Sequence record: SRR31156797_336
Direction: 5' to 3' (one strand)
DNA length: 64,000 bases
Both the position numbers and the translations under genes were made by a program. The notes beneath the pieces are model-generated. The model searched no databases. It had not been told where the DNA came from and was given only the letters and a program-made list of their open reading frames with translations. Below, in pieces: positions 26,279 through 36,714 of the stretch (position 1 is its first letter; every line of letters starts with the position of its first letter).

Positions 26279-29227
26279 ATGAAAAAGAATCTTTACTTTT
26301 TAAAAGTATGGGTTATGGCTATTGCCATACTCACAAGCATTGGCGCTTCTGCTCAGAAGCGAGAACACATTAAAATCAATCCGAACGATCGTTTCGATAA
26401 AAATGAGATGAGTTTGCGATCTTCCTCAGGGAGTGAGTATCACATTGATTTTAACTTAAACTCTTACGATCTCATCTGGATTGCATCCGAAAATGCTTAT
26501 AAAGTGGAAGCAAATGCGATGGGAGACATCCTTGAAAAAGGAAATCCCGCACTTCCTCGCTTTGCTCAATCTATTATGATTCCGGCAATAGCCGACATGA
26601 AGGTAGAAGTGGTGTCTTCGGAATTTATCGAAATTGACGATATCAAAGTAGTTTCCTCAAAGGGAAATCTTACTCGTGATATCGATCCTAAATCCATTCC
26701 ATATACGTATGGCGAGGCTTATCAGCAAGATGCTTTTTACCCTTCTGGATTGGCAACCATGAACGACCCTTATATTTTAAGAAGTGTTCGTGGTCAGGCT
26801 CTTGTAGTGAATCCAATTGCTTACAATCCGGTTCAGAAAAAGTTGAGAATCTATACTCACATTGAGTTGAAAGTAAGCGATAGTGGTAAAATGTCTATCA
26901 AGAATGTAATGTCAGGCACAAAGTCTTCTGTGGCAGATAATGGATTCGAAAAAGTGTATCAATCTCATTTTCTAAACTATGCACCATCGAATACAAAATA
27001 TACAGCCTTAAACGATGAGCCAGGCAACATGTTGATCATCTGCTACGACGATTATATGGATGAAATGGCGGATTACGTTGCATGGAAAAAGCAAAAGGGT
27101 ATTCGTGTTGAGATGGTAGCCTACAGTTCTATTGGTAGTGCCGCTGCTATTAAAACCTATGTAAGTAATTACTACAGCAATAATGGATTAACTTACTTGT
27201 TGTTGGTTGGAGATGCTCCACAGGTTCCTACATCATCAACAAGCGCAGGCGATTCGGATAACAACTATGGCTTCATTGTAGGAAACGACCACTACATCGA
27301 TATTTTTGTCGGACGTTTTTCAGCACAGACCGGAGCTCAAGTTACCACTCAGGTAGAAAGGACCATTCATTACGAAAGAGATGTTACCGTATCAGATACA
27401 TGGTTGGCTTCTGGGGTTGGTATCGCTTCAAACGAAGGATCGAATCCATCTGATGAGCAACACATGAGCGCCATTGAAGGAAAATTGGAAGGTTATGGAT
27501 ACAATATTACTCCTTGTAATCAGGATGGCGGATCGGCAGCACAATTGACCAACTTATTGAATGCAGGTAAAGGAATTATCAACTATGTTGGACACGGATC
27601 CAATACCGGCTTTGCAAGTATGGTTTATACCAGTACTAACGTAAATAACTTAAGCAACAACAATAAGCTCCCTTTTATATTCGATGTTGCTTGTGTAAAT
27701 GGTAATTTTAAAAATATAACTTGTTTTGCTGAAGCATGGTTACGTGCTACAAATAATGGAGAACCAACAGGAGCAATGGCTATTTGTGCTTCAACCATTA
27801 ATCAATCGTGGGTTCCTCCAATGATTGCTCAAACGGAAATGAATGACATTCTAATTGAGAGTTACGCCAACAATATCAGAAGAACCTTTGCCGGTATCGC
27901 CCTTAACGGGATGTTCGAAATGGTAGATGTTTACGGATCAGGTGGTGAAAACATGCTGGATACATGGACTGTGTTTGGTGACCCTTCACTGCAAATCAGA
28001 ACTAAAACTCCAAGTGCATTGCAGGTGAATCATGCAGGAACTGTGGCGCCAGGATCTAATAGTTTTAACATTACCAGTATTACTAATGATGCCTGGGTAT
28101 CAATGACCTTAAATGGTGAAATTATTGGAACTGCCAAGACAAGTAATGGAGCAGCAAGTATTAGTTTTAGTCCACTTCCTTCGAACGGAACAATTAAATT
28201 GACTGTAACAGGTTACAACAAAATTCCTTATGTGGCCGATATTAGTATAAGCGGTAGTGGAGGAGATGATGTAGTTGCAAGCTTTACTTCAGATAAAACC
28301 AGCATTAATGAAGGTGAGAGCATTAGCTTTACAGATCTATCATCAAACAATCCAACATCATGGAACTGGTCATTTACAGGAGGTTCTCCATCGGTGAGCA
28401 ACGATCAAAATCCAAGTGTTGTCTATAACTCAGAAGGTACTTATGCTGTGTCCTTAACTGTTGCCAATAGCAGTAGTTCCGATACCAAGACGATTACGAA
28501 TATGATCTCTGTAAGTCCGGTTATTGTGCAGGATTACTGCGAAGCTACAACGAATGGATGTGGTTCATACGAATACATTTCGAATGTGAGCTTTGGAAAC
28601 ATTAATAACAGCACAACTTGTGATGGATACTCTAACAATACTTCTCAGGTTGCAAATGTAGATCAGGGAGAAACTTATAATATCACTGTCAGCATCGGTC
28701 GTCCTGATTCACGTAATCATGTAACCGCCTGGTTCGATTGGAATAGAGATGGAGAATTTACCGGATCCAATGAAGAATATGTTTTGAATTACAATTATGG
28801 AAGTAGTCTTGGAACTGCAATAGGTTCAATTCAGGTTCCTTCAACAGCAAGTTTAGGTTCTACCCGAATGAGAGTGCGTGTTACGTACAATTCAACACCA
28901 GAGCCTTGCGGCAACTCAAGCTATGGAGAAATTGAAGATTATGCGATTCAGGTAGGAGATGGAAGTAGTTCAAGAGACAGAAATATTTTAGATAATGCTA
29001 CAGTTACTATTTATCCTAATCCTGCAGTAGATCATTTTAAGATTGACCAAACTGGTATTTCTGGTGAAATGAAGGTGAAAATCATCAATTTAACTGGAAA
29101 GGTAGTTGGAACATATCTTACTGATGGATCAAAAGAGATGGATATAAGTAAGCTTGCCAGTGGAATCTATATCGTACAGATAAACCAGGAAGATAAAAGC
29201 TGGACAAAGAAATTAGTAGTGAAGTAA
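26279..29227 (+). CDS. C25 family (gingipain R-like) cysteine peptidase with PKD, GEVED and T9SS C-terminal domains
   Basis: Signal peptide, propeptide, GHGS and VACVNG catalytic motifs, PKD (SWNWSF..G), GEIEDY, IYPNP...GIYIVQI...KKLVVK CTD. Confidence 0.92.
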   Translation: MKKNLYFLKVWVMAIAILTSIGASAQKREHIKINPNDRFDKNEMSLRSSSGSEYHIDFNLNSYDLIWIASENAYKVEANAMGDILEKGNPALPRFAQSIMIPAIADMKVEVVSSEFIEIDDIKVVSSKGNLTRDIDPKSIPYTYGEAYQQDAFYPSGLATMNDPYILRSVRGQALVVNPIAYNPVQKKLRIYTHIELKVSDSGKMSIKNVMSGTKSSVADNGFEKVYQSHFLNYAPSNTKYTALNDEPGNMLIICYDDYMDEMADYVAWKKQKGIRVEMVAYSSIGSAAAIKTYVSNYYSNNGLTYLLLVGDAPQVPTSSTSAGDSDNNYGFIVGNDHYIDIFVGRFSAQTGAQVTTQVERTIHYERDVTVSDTWLASGVGIASNEGSNPSDEQHMSAIEGKLEGYGYNITPCNQDGGSAAQLTNLLNAGKGIINYVGHGSNTGFASMVYTSTNVNNLSNNNKLPFIFDVACVNGNFKNITCFAEAWLRATNNGEPTGAMAICASTINQSWVPPMIAQTEMNDILIESYANNIRRTFAGIALNGMFEMVDVYGSGGENMLDTWTVFGDPSLQIRTKTPSALQVNHAGTVAPGSNSFNITSITNDAWVSMTLNGEIIGTAKTSNGAASISFSPLPSNGTIKLTVTGYNKIPYVADISISGSGGDDVVASFTSDKTSINEGESISFTDLSSNNPTSWNWSFTGGSPSVSNDQNPSVVYNSEGTYAVSLTVANSSSSDTKTITNMISVSPVIVQDYCEATTNGCGSYEYISNVSFGNINNSTTCDGYSNNTSQVANVDQGETYNITVSIGRPDSRNHVTAWFDWNRDGEFTGSNEEYVLNYNYGSSLGTAIGSIQVPSTASLGSTRMRVRVTYNSTPEPCGNSSYGEIEDYAIQVGDGSSSRDRNILDNATVTIYPNPAVDHFKIDQTGISGEMKVKIINLTGKVVGTYLTDGSKEMDISKLASGIYIVQINQEDKSWTKKLVVK

Positions 29228-29501
29228 TTTGTTGATATACTTTGCTTTCCTGGGACTGTTATTCCCCTAATACAGTCCCAAAACTTACTAAATTGGTGCA
29301 TGAGTCACACCAATTCAGTTGATCGGATTTGATTTGGTCATTGATAATAAGTAGTAGTTTTTAATTATCGAACCGGAAGAACAATTTAATTTGGGCTTCC
29401 GGTTCTTTCTTTGACCTATTTTATCTTAATAGAAATGCTAGATTTAATTGCTTTTACTTACTTTCACCATTCATTTATCAAACTTATATTATATAACTAC
29501 A

Positions 29502-29906
29502 ATGAATCAATACATATATACATTAAAACTTAAGGTACGCGATTATGAATGTGATTTGCAGGGCGTTGTAAATAATTCTGTGTATCAAAACTATTTAGAG
29601 CATGCACGTCATGAGTTTTTAGAGTCGATAGGAAGCAATTTTAAACAATTGCACGAAGAAGGAGTAGACGCTATGGTTTCACGTATCGAAATTGATTACA
29701 AAACCTCCTTAACCAGTGGTGACGAATTTGAAATTCGCTTGTATCTGAAAAGAGAAGGTGTGAAGTTGATATTTCATGAAGACATTTACCGCGTGTCAGA
29801 TAATAAGCTTTGTGCCAAAGGCAAGGTATTTACCATTTGTCTGGTTAACGGTCGTTTGTCTAAGGGAGAAGTATTCGATGAGCTTTTTAGCGAGTATTTA
29901 AAGTAG
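29502..29906 (+). CDS. Acyl-CoA thioesterase (YbgC/4HBT family)
   Basis: VRDYECDLQGVVNNSVYQNYLEHAR hot-dog motif; ATG 29502 preferred. Confidence 0.88.
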   Translation: MNQYIYTLKLKVRDYECDLQGVVNNSVYQNYLEHARHEFLESIGSNFKQLHEEGVDAMVSRIEIDYKTSLTSGDEFEIRLYLKREGVKLIFHEDIYRVSDNKLCAKGKVFTICLVNGRLSKGEVFDELFSEYLK

Positions 29907-29910
29907 AACA

Positions 29911-30534
29911 TTATAATTTCCGCATCAGGCAAAAAATTGCTTGATGTGGGATTGGTTTGCCAGGTAATTCTATCTGTTTTAATTCAATGATTGTAAAATG
30001 CTTTTCCATCAATTCTTTAATTTCTGATATTGAAGAGAAATACAAGCGAGTACCAATTGGTGTAGTTCTGTATTTTCCCTTAGCACCAAAATTTACATCC
30101 TCTTCGGAAAAACAGATCGAAAGATAATAAGCACCATTTTTCAGCTGACGATTCACATTTTGGAGATATAAATCTCTCTGCTCCGGATAAATATGATGTA
30201 GTACTTCATAATCGAAGGCAAAATCAACTTCTAGTTTCGGAAATTTCAATTCTCCACACAAATCCCGATTAAAGAAATCTCCTTTTAAGTGATTTGACTC
30301 AAACAGTGCCTTTGCATGTTTTATGGCTATTTCTGAAGAATCTATTCCTGTAATTTGATAGCCTTTTTTGGAATAATAGGCTGAATAGTGACCCAATCCA
30401 CAACCTAAATCAAGAATATGACAGGGAATAACAGTGTAATTCTCAATGCAATCTGATAATAATGAAGGAGGAATTGTTCTGTTCCAGGGAATTTTATCGA
30501 GAGGAATACCTTTGTATATATCATCCAATTTCAT
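29911..30534 (-). CDS. Class I SAM-dependent methyltransferase (TPMT-like)
   Basis: IPW, LDLGCGLG, TGIDSS, LHHI; start MKLDD at 30534 preferred. Confidence 0.85.
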   Translation of the reverse strand: MKLDDIYKGIPLDKIPWNRTIPPSLLSDCIENYTVIPCHILDLGCGLGHYSAYYSKKGYQITGIDSSEIAIKHAKALFESNHLKGDFFNRDLCGELKFPKLEVDFAFDYEVLHHIYPEQRDLYLQNVNRQLKNGAYYLSICFSEEDVNFGAKGKYRTTPIGTRLYFSSISEIKELMEKHFTIIELKQIELPGKPIPHQAIFCLMRKL

Positions 30535-30582
30535 AGATTCTAAGGAACAAAAAAAGGATGCTATGCACAAACTATCAGGCAT

Positions 30583-30681
30583 AAAAAAAGGATCGAACTC
30601 CTTCGATCCTTTCTAACACTACGTGTTAACCTTAATCTCAATCTATGATAAAACTACTCTGTTCTTTTTTTGTTTTGATTA
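30583..30681 (-). ncRNA. Candidate sRNA A
   Basis: Minus-strand TACCTTTG promoter (30687-30694), ~100 nt with no substantial ORF, ending in hairpin AAAGGATCGAA-N4-TTCGATCCTTT plus U run. Confidence 0.5.
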
Positions 30682-30752
30682 CATATCAAAGGTAAGGTAT
30701 ACTGCGGTTAACAGCTGCAAAGGAAAGTTAAAAAAGATTAAATAGTAGAAAC

Positions 30753-30900
30753 AAAAAATGGCTGGTTTATACCAGCCATTTTTTCTAACCATTAACCAAC
30801 TAACTAAAAAACTCATTTTATGAAAATCCCCTAATTTCCAAAGACCTCTTCATTGATAATCTTGCGATTACACTAATAAGAGATACATTTGAGTCTTAAT
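30753..30900 (-). ncRNA. Candidate sRNA B
   Basis: Minus-strand TACTTTTG promoter (30907-30914), ~150 nt ending in hairpin AAAAAATGGCTGGT-N4-ACCAGCCATTTTTT. Confidence 0.5.
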
Positions 30901-31161
30901 CGGGCGCAAAAGTAGAACAAATTTGTATAATCACAACAGCAAGTATGAATTAAACTGTGTTTTAAACATTATTTAACTTTCGCAAATTCTCACATATATT
31001 CATTTGATATTTGATAAAATATTTTGATTTCTTTTAATTCTTTCTCTATATTGCAGTTAGAAAGCCATCCATGTTATTAATTACCACCCTTTTTTAGGAT
31101 ACCACAGAATTCACGCAACCATCTTGTGTGTATTTGTATGTACAATTCTAAAAATCTGCAT

Positions 31162-32388
31162 ATGTTCGATTTAGACAAATGGCAAGAGATTTTCGAAACC
31201 ATTCGAAAAAACAAACTGCGAACAATTCTTACCGGATTTAGTGTTTCCTGGGGAATATTCATGCTTATTATCTTATTAGGTTCAGGCAATGGATTACAAA
31301 ATGGTGTTTTGGATCAATTTAAACGCGATGCTGTAAACAGCTTATGGATTTACAGTGGAAGAACTAGTTTAGCATTTAATGGAATGCAGCCTGGGCGTAG
31401 AATTCAATTTACAAATGAAGATTACGATCGTACTAAGGATTCGGGTATGGATGTAGATAAAATCAGTTCCCGTTTTTCCATTTGGAGGAATAATTTACTC
31501 TCCTATAAATCCGAATTTGTGAATTACAATATCATTGCGGTTCATCCTGATACCGAAACTTTGGAAAATACTACAACCATAAAAGGTCGGTTTTTAAATG
31601 AAGTAGATGTGAAAAAGTTTAGGAAAGTAGTTTCTATCAGTACCATAGTCGAGGAGGCTTTATTTAAGAAGGAAGAGCCCGTGGGTAAGTATATTAAAAT
31701 TAACGGAATTCCTTTTCAGGTGATAGGAACCTTCACAGACCATTCCGAGCGCGATTTGCAAAGAGTTTATGTACCTGTATCTACTGCTCAAAGAGTATTT
31801 AATGGTGCCAATCGAATTTCAAATATGTCCTTTACAACAAACACTCACGATATTGAGGCTCTAAAACAGATGGAGGATCACATTAGAAGTAGTTTTGCCT
31901 CTCGCCACAAATTTGATCCAACAGATAAAAGAGCAATGTGGATTAACAACAATATGGAAGGATATCAACGTACAATGGCGCTCTTTGCAGGGATTAGGAT
32001 ATTTGTCTGGATAATTGGAGCATTCACAATTATTGCAGGTATTGTAGGTGTTAGCAATATAATGATAATTGTTGTACGCGAACGAACCAGAGAAATTGGA
32101 ATACGAAAGGCTTTGGGTGCATCACCAAATTCAATAGTTGGTCTCGTTTTATTAGAATCCGTTTTGATTACTTCTGTTGCTGGATACATTGGTTTGGTAT
32201 TAGGCGTAATCCTTTTAGAAGTGCTGGCTCCACATACACAAATTGAGTTTTTCATGAATCCATCAGTTGATTTAAGTGTTGGGATTCAAGCTACTATGGT
32301 ACTAGTTTTTGCAGGTCTAATTGCAGGTTTCTTTCCGGCTTGGAAAGCGGCAAATGTAAAACCAATTGAGGCATTAGCCGACGAATAA
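31162..32388 (+). CDS. ABC transporter permease (MacB/FtsX family)
   Basis: KNKLRTILT N-terminus; GVSNIM..VRERTREIGIRKALGA; start MFDLD preferred. Confidence 0.92.
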   Translation: MFDLDKWQEIFETIRKNKLRTILTGFSVSWGIFMLIILLGSGNGLQNGVLDQFKRDAVNSLWIYSGRTSLAFNGMQPGRRIQFTNEDYDRTKDSGMDVDKISSRFSIWRNNLLSYKSEFVNYNIIAVHPDTETLENTTTIKGRFLNEVDVKKFRKVVSISTIVEEALFKKEEPVGKYIKINGIPFQVIGTFTDHSERDLQRVYVPVSTAQRVFNGANRISNMSFTTNTHDIEALKQMEDHIRSSFASRHKFDPTDKRAMWINNNMEGYQRTMALFAGIRIFVWIIGAFTIIAGIVGVSNIMIIVVRERTREIGIRKALGASPNSIVGLVLLESVLITSVAGYIGLVLGVILLEVLAPHTQIEFFMNPSVDLSVGIQATMVLVFAGLIAGFFPAWKAANVKPIEALADE

Positions 32389-32438
32389 TCTCAATAAATT
32401 ACAATCGATTTTATAATAGCAATTATACCTTATAATAT

Positions 32439-33704
32439 ATGTTTGATAGAGATAGATGGACCGAAATTTATATGGCGCTAAGAGCCAATAAACTAAGAAC
32501 TTTTTTGACAGCATTTGGTGTTTTCTGGGGGATTTTCATGCTCATTATCATGCTTGGTTCTGGTCAGGGACTCGAAAATGGAGTTTATCATGGCATGGGA
32601 GATTTTGCGACGAATTCGGTATTTGTTTGGGCGCAACCAACCAGTAAACCCTACAAAGGTTACAAACAAGGCAGAAGATACAATTTCACCAATCAGGATA
32701 CTAAAGCCATATTGGATAATATACCTGAGATAGCTCTTTTGGCTCCAAGAATTCAGGCGCGTGGAGGAGATGGTGACAACAATGTAATTCATAAACTAAA
32801 AACCGGAGCATTTAATATTCTGGGTGATGTACCCGAGGTGAATAAAATTGATCCTGTAACCATTACAGCTGGTCGCTTTCTCAATCAGGTTGATATGAAT
32901 GAAAAGCGTAAAATTGCGATCTTAGGGAAAAGAGTGATAGAAGTACTTTTTGAAGAGGATGAAGACCCAATAGGAACATATATTAAAATTAATGGTGTAT
33001 TCTTTCAGGTGGTAGGTACATTTAAATCAATGCATAACCAAGGTTGGGGCGATTGGCAGAATCAATGCATTTTTATTCCTTTTACAACATTGCAAAAGAC
33101 TTATAATTATGGAAATAGAGTTGGACACTATTCAATAACCTCAAAAAAAGAATATACGGCTACTTATGTAGAAGAAAAAGTGAAAGCTCTGCTGAAGCGA
33201 AGACATAAAATTCACCCCGATGATCAACGAGCAATTGGGAGTAATAATGTGGAGAAAGAGTTCATTCAAATCAATAACTTATTTATTGGCATCGCCGGAT
33301 TAATTTGGATTGTAGGAACAGGTACTTTGTTGGCAGGAATTATAGGGGTAAGCAACATCATGCTTTTTATCGTAAAAAAACGAACAAAAGAGATTGGTAT
33401 TCAAAGGGCATTAGGAGCATCTCCATCCGTAATTATTAGCTCTATTTTAACTGAATCGGTTGTATTAACCGCCATTGCCGGATGGTTCGGTTTGGTATTC
33501 GGAGTTTTACTTTTAGAAGTAATCAGTAAGGCGATACAAAATGGAGGTGGTGACGAAAGTATGTTTTCCAATCCAGAAGTTGATTTTAACGTAGCGTTAA
33601 TAGCATTGTTTATTTTAATAATAGCTGGACTTTTTGCTGGAGTCATTCCTGCAAAAAGAGCTATGGAAGTTAGACCAATTGAGGCAATTCGTGATGATGG
33701 ATAG
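32439..33704 (+). CDS. ABC transporter permease (MacB/FtsX family), paralog of upstream gene
   Basis: NKLRTFLT; GVSNIM..VKKRTKEIGIQRALGA. Confidence 0.92.
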   Translation: MFDRDRWTEIYMALRANKLRTFLTAFGVFWGIFMLIIMLGSGQGLENGVYHGMGDFATNSVFVWAQPTSKPYKGYKQGRRYNFTNQDTKAILDNIPEIALLAPRIQARGGDGDNNVIHKLKTGAFNILGDVPEVNKIDPVTITAGRFLNQVDMNEKRKIAILGKRVIEVLFEEDEDPIGTYIKINGVFFQVVGTFKSMHNQGWGDWQNQCIFIPFTTLQKTYNYGNRVGHYSITSKKEYTATYVEEKVKALLKRRHKIHPDDQRAIGSNNVEKEFIQINNLFIGIAGLIWIVGTGTLLAGIIGVSNIMLFIVKKRTKEIGIQRALGASPSVIISSILTESVVLTAIAGWFGLVFGVLLLEVISKAIQNGGGDESMFSNPEVDFNVALIALFILIIAGLFAGVIPAKRAMEVRPIEAIRDDG

Positions 33705-33806
33705 ATTAATGCTATACTCCAGTTTTTAAATAATTGACAATGAGAAAGTTTTTGTTTTGTTAAAGATAAAATTGTATTTTACTATAAATTTCTAACCCAT
33801 CTTTTT

Positions 33807-34478
33807 ATGAAACGTTTATTGTATCTTTTTCTAATTGCAATGTTATGTGTGAGTAACCTATTTTCACAAAATAGAGAAATAACAGGTCGTATAGTAGTTT
33901 TTGAGACCATTCCGGTAGTAAATGCAAAGATTACACTTAAAAGCTCTGAAAAAATAGTAACAACAAATGAAATGGGAGATTTTACTCTTAATTGCAATTC
34001 AAAAGATAAATTACTCATTGTTGCCGAAGGATTTCAAAGCAAAAAAATAAAAATTAATGATAAAAAGACTTCACCAATTCTAGTTAATCTTGAATTGTCA
34101 AAAAATTCAGAAGCATCGCAAATTGCAGTTTATAAAGGTCATATCTTGAAAATTGAAGAATTCGATAAATTAGTCGAGAAGTATTCTAAAGATAATGGTT
34201 ACGGAAGATATAGTACAGTATTGGAAATTATTAAATGTGAATTTCCAACTTTACAATATGTTAACGGAGAAATAATTATGAGAGGGATTAAATCCATAAC
34301 AGGAAATAATGCTGCGAAAATTTCTGTAGATGGAGTAATTATGGGTGGAAGTATTCTAGAATCATTAACTCCTAATGATATTGTAAGTATTAGGCTGTTA
34401 CAGGGAAGTCAGGCTGCTATACATGGTATAAGGGGAGCAAACGGAGTTGTTGAGATTAAGACCAAACAAGGAAGCTAA
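33807..34478 (+). CDS. CarboxypepD_reg-like plus TonB-dependent-receptor plug domain protein, no barrel
   Basis: Signal peptide; TTNEMGDF; C-terminal VDGV..L.P.DI.SI.LL.GS.AAI.G.RGANGV..I.TK plug motif. Confidence 0.75.
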   Translation: MKRLLYLFLIAMLCVSNLFSQNREITGRIVVFETIPVVNAKITLKSSEKIVTTNEMGDFTLNCNSKDKLLIVAEGFQSKKIKINDKKTSPILVNLELSKNSEASQIAVYKGHILKIEEFDKLVEKYSKDNGYGRYSTVLEIIKCEFPTLQYVNGEIIMRGIKSITGNNAAKISVDGVIMGGSILESLTPNDIVSIRLLQGSQAAIHGIRGANGVVEIKTKQGS

Positions 34479-34500
34479 AAATCAACTTAAAATATTAATA

Positions 34501-34528
34501 AAGGCTGATTCAATTCTGAATCAGCCTT
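34501..34528. terminator. Hairpin between convergent genes
   Basis: AAGGCTGATTCA-ATTC-TGAATCAGCCTT. Confidence 0.7.
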
Positions 34529-34534
34529 TATGTT

Positions 34535-35443
34535 TTAAAATAACTCTTCAATAGAAAGATATCTTTCTCCAGTATCATAGTTAAAGGTAAGAACAGTTGC
34601 TCCATTCTCAATTTCGCTCAACTTCTTATCAACAGCAGCTAATGAAGCTCCAGTAGAAATACCTGCCAAAACACCTTCGTTTACAGCTAATTCTTTCACT
34701 TTTGCAAAAGCATTGTCTTTGCTAACACTTATTGCGCCATCCAATATTTTAACATTTAGATTTTCTGGAATAAATCCCGCACCAATTCCCTGAAGTGGGT
34801 GAGGACCAGGTTCTCCTCCGCCAATAACTGGAGATGCCTCCGGCTCTACTGCAAATACCTTAAGGTTTGGGAATTTCTTTTTTAAGATTTCTGCAACACC
34901 GGTTATGTGACCTCCAGTCCCAACACCGGTAATTAAATAGTCAATACCATCAGGGAAATCATCGATAATTTCTTTAGCAGTTGTTGTTCGGTGTATGTCA
35001 ACATTGGCTTCATTATCAAATTGTGAAGGCATCCATGAATTTCGTGTATTAGCAATCAATTCTTCAGCTTTCTCGATTGCACCTTTCATCCCTTTTTCAC
35101 GAGGAGTTAAAACAAATTCAGCGCCATAAGCCGCCATTAAGCTTCTTCTTTCCACCGACATGGAGTCAGGCATTACCAAAATTAATTTGTATCCTTTTAC
35201 GGCTGCAACCATCGCTAAACCAACACCAGTATTTCCAGATGTAGGTTCAATAATAACTGAATCTTTCCCAAGTAGACCATCTTTCTCGGCTTTTTCGATC
35301 ATTGACAATGCAATTCTATCTTTAATACTACCTGCTGGGTTGGCGCGTTCCAATTTCATCCAGACATTTGCATTCCCAAAAATTTTATTGAGCTTAACTA
35401 CTGGAGTATTTCCGACTCCCTCCAAAATATTATTTAATTTCAT
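34535..35443 (-). CDS. cysK: Cysteine synthase A
   Basis: [31 protein letters not shown]. Confidence 0.96.
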   Translation of the reverse strand: MKLNNILEGVGNTPVVKLNKIFGNANVWMKLERANPAGSIKDRIALSMIEKAEKDGLLGKDSVIIEPTSGNTGVGLAMVAAVKGYKLILVMPDSMSVERRSLMAAYGAEFVLTPREKGMKGAIEKAEELIANTRNSWMPSQFDNEANVDIHRTTTAKEIIDDFPDGIDYLITGVGTGGHITGVAEILKKKFPNLKVFAVEPEASPVIGGGEPGPHPLQGIGAGFIPENLNVKILDGAISVSKDNAFAKVKELAVNEGVLAGISTGASLAAVDKKLSEIENGATVLTFNYDTGERYLSIEELF

Positions 35444-35454
35444 ACGACTAATTT

Positions 35455-36294
35455 TTATATTTGAAAATTTATGATTTTACTTTCATCAAGGTTAGTTCTC
35501 ACCTTGGTTTCGTGTTTGTGATATACAATACTATTGGATTCAATACTAGACGTAAGCCATACGTTTCCTCCAATAATACTATTTCTACCAATTACTGTAT
35601 CCCCACCTAATATGGTGGCACTGGAATATATTATTACATTGTCCTCAACGGTAGGATGCCTTTTCTTGTTAGCAAGACTTTTTTTCACCTGTAAAGCTCC
35701 TAATGTAACTCCTTGATATATTTTGACATTGTTTTTAATTATGGCAGTTTCTCCAATTACAACACCTGTTCCATGGTCAATAAAGAAAGATTCTCCAATT
35801 GTTGCACCTGGGTGAATATCAATCCCGGTTTTTGTATGAGAATACTCACTCATTAGTCGTGGAATTATCGGTACAGACAAATGATAAAGAACATTACTTA
35901 ATCGGTACACCATAATTGCAAAAAATCCTGGGTAAGCAATTATCACTTCTCCCAATCGATCTGCTGCAGGATCAAACTTCTGAATTGCCTCGGCATCTTT
36001 TAGTAAAGCCTTGTAAACGAAGGGCAATTGCTTCATAAAGTCATGAGTGACTTTTTCTAAAGGAGCGTTCAATTCACTTTTTACAGGCAATAAAAGAAGC
36101 TTTAAACTTGATTCTAATTGATACAAAAGAGATTCTTGATCGCAGCTACTTTTTGATCTTCTGGCACTTATTGGAAATAATGTATTCATTGATTCCTCAA
36201 CGAATTTTTGAGCCAAATCCCGGGAAGGCATATCGTAGTCTGAATTCTTTCTGGAAGCTTGTAATTCTTCCATTACTTTACTTAGGTAACCCAT
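35455..36294 (-). CDS. cysE: Serine O-acetyltransferase (EpsC-type)
   Basis: [30 protein letters not shown]; start MGYLS at 36294 preferred. Confidence 0.93.
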   Translation of the reverse strand: MGYLSKVMEELQASRKNSDYDMPSRDLAQKFVEESMNTLFPISARRSKSSCDQESLLYQLESSLKLLLLPVKSELNAPLEKVTHDFMKQLPFVYKALLKDAEAIQKFDPAADRLGEVIIAYPGFFAIMVYRLSNVLYHLSVPIIPRLMSEYSHTKTGIDIHPGATIGESFFIDHGTGVVIGETAIIKNNVKIYQGVTLGALQVKKSLANKKRHPTVEDNVIIYSSATILGGDTVIGRNSIIGGNVWLTSSIESNSIVYHKHETKVRTNLDESKIINFQI

Positions 36295-36391
36295 TGTTAA
36301 TTTTGATTTAAAAAGTGTGAATACACCAAATAATAAGGAATACATGTTGTTTCCCAAATAGCTAGTAATATTAGTAAGATGAAGTATCTAT

Positions 36392-36550
36392 CTAACAGCA
36401 ACAACAATAGCAACAACAGACTTGGTTGTTATTGTTTTTTGATATTTGGGAATAATATGAAAAGTGCGATTGATTCGATTGCACAGCAAGATCAGCCAAA
36501 GAGTTTTGGCTATAATTTGAAATTGTTGTATGCAATATATTTCTTTTCAT
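36392..36550 (-). CDS. Poly-cysteine leader peptide (52 aa, ends ...NNNNQVCCCYCCCC)
   Basis: Read by hand; 7 of the last 8 codons are Cys; lies between a promoter element and cysE. Confidence 0.8.
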   Translation of the reverse strand: MKRNILHTTISNYSQNSLADLAVQSNQSHFSYYSQISKNNNNQVCCCYCCCC

Positions 36551-36567
36551 TGTGAAGTTTCTAAAAG

Positions 36568-36575
36568 CAAACTTA
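36568..36575 (-). promoter_or_regulatory. Bacteroidota -7 promoter element of leader-cysE-cysK
   Basis: TAAGTTTG on the minus strand, 17 nt upstream of the leader ATG. Confidence 0.7.
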
Positions 36576-36714
36576 TGAAAAAAAACTTAAACAAGACATC
36601 ATTGTCTTATATTTTCTGTTAATTAATTGTTATTTGATAAGGAGAGAATAATTTATACTAAAACATGAAATTCGTTAATTTTATTTATATTCAAATTACA
36701 AAAGCATTAATAAT

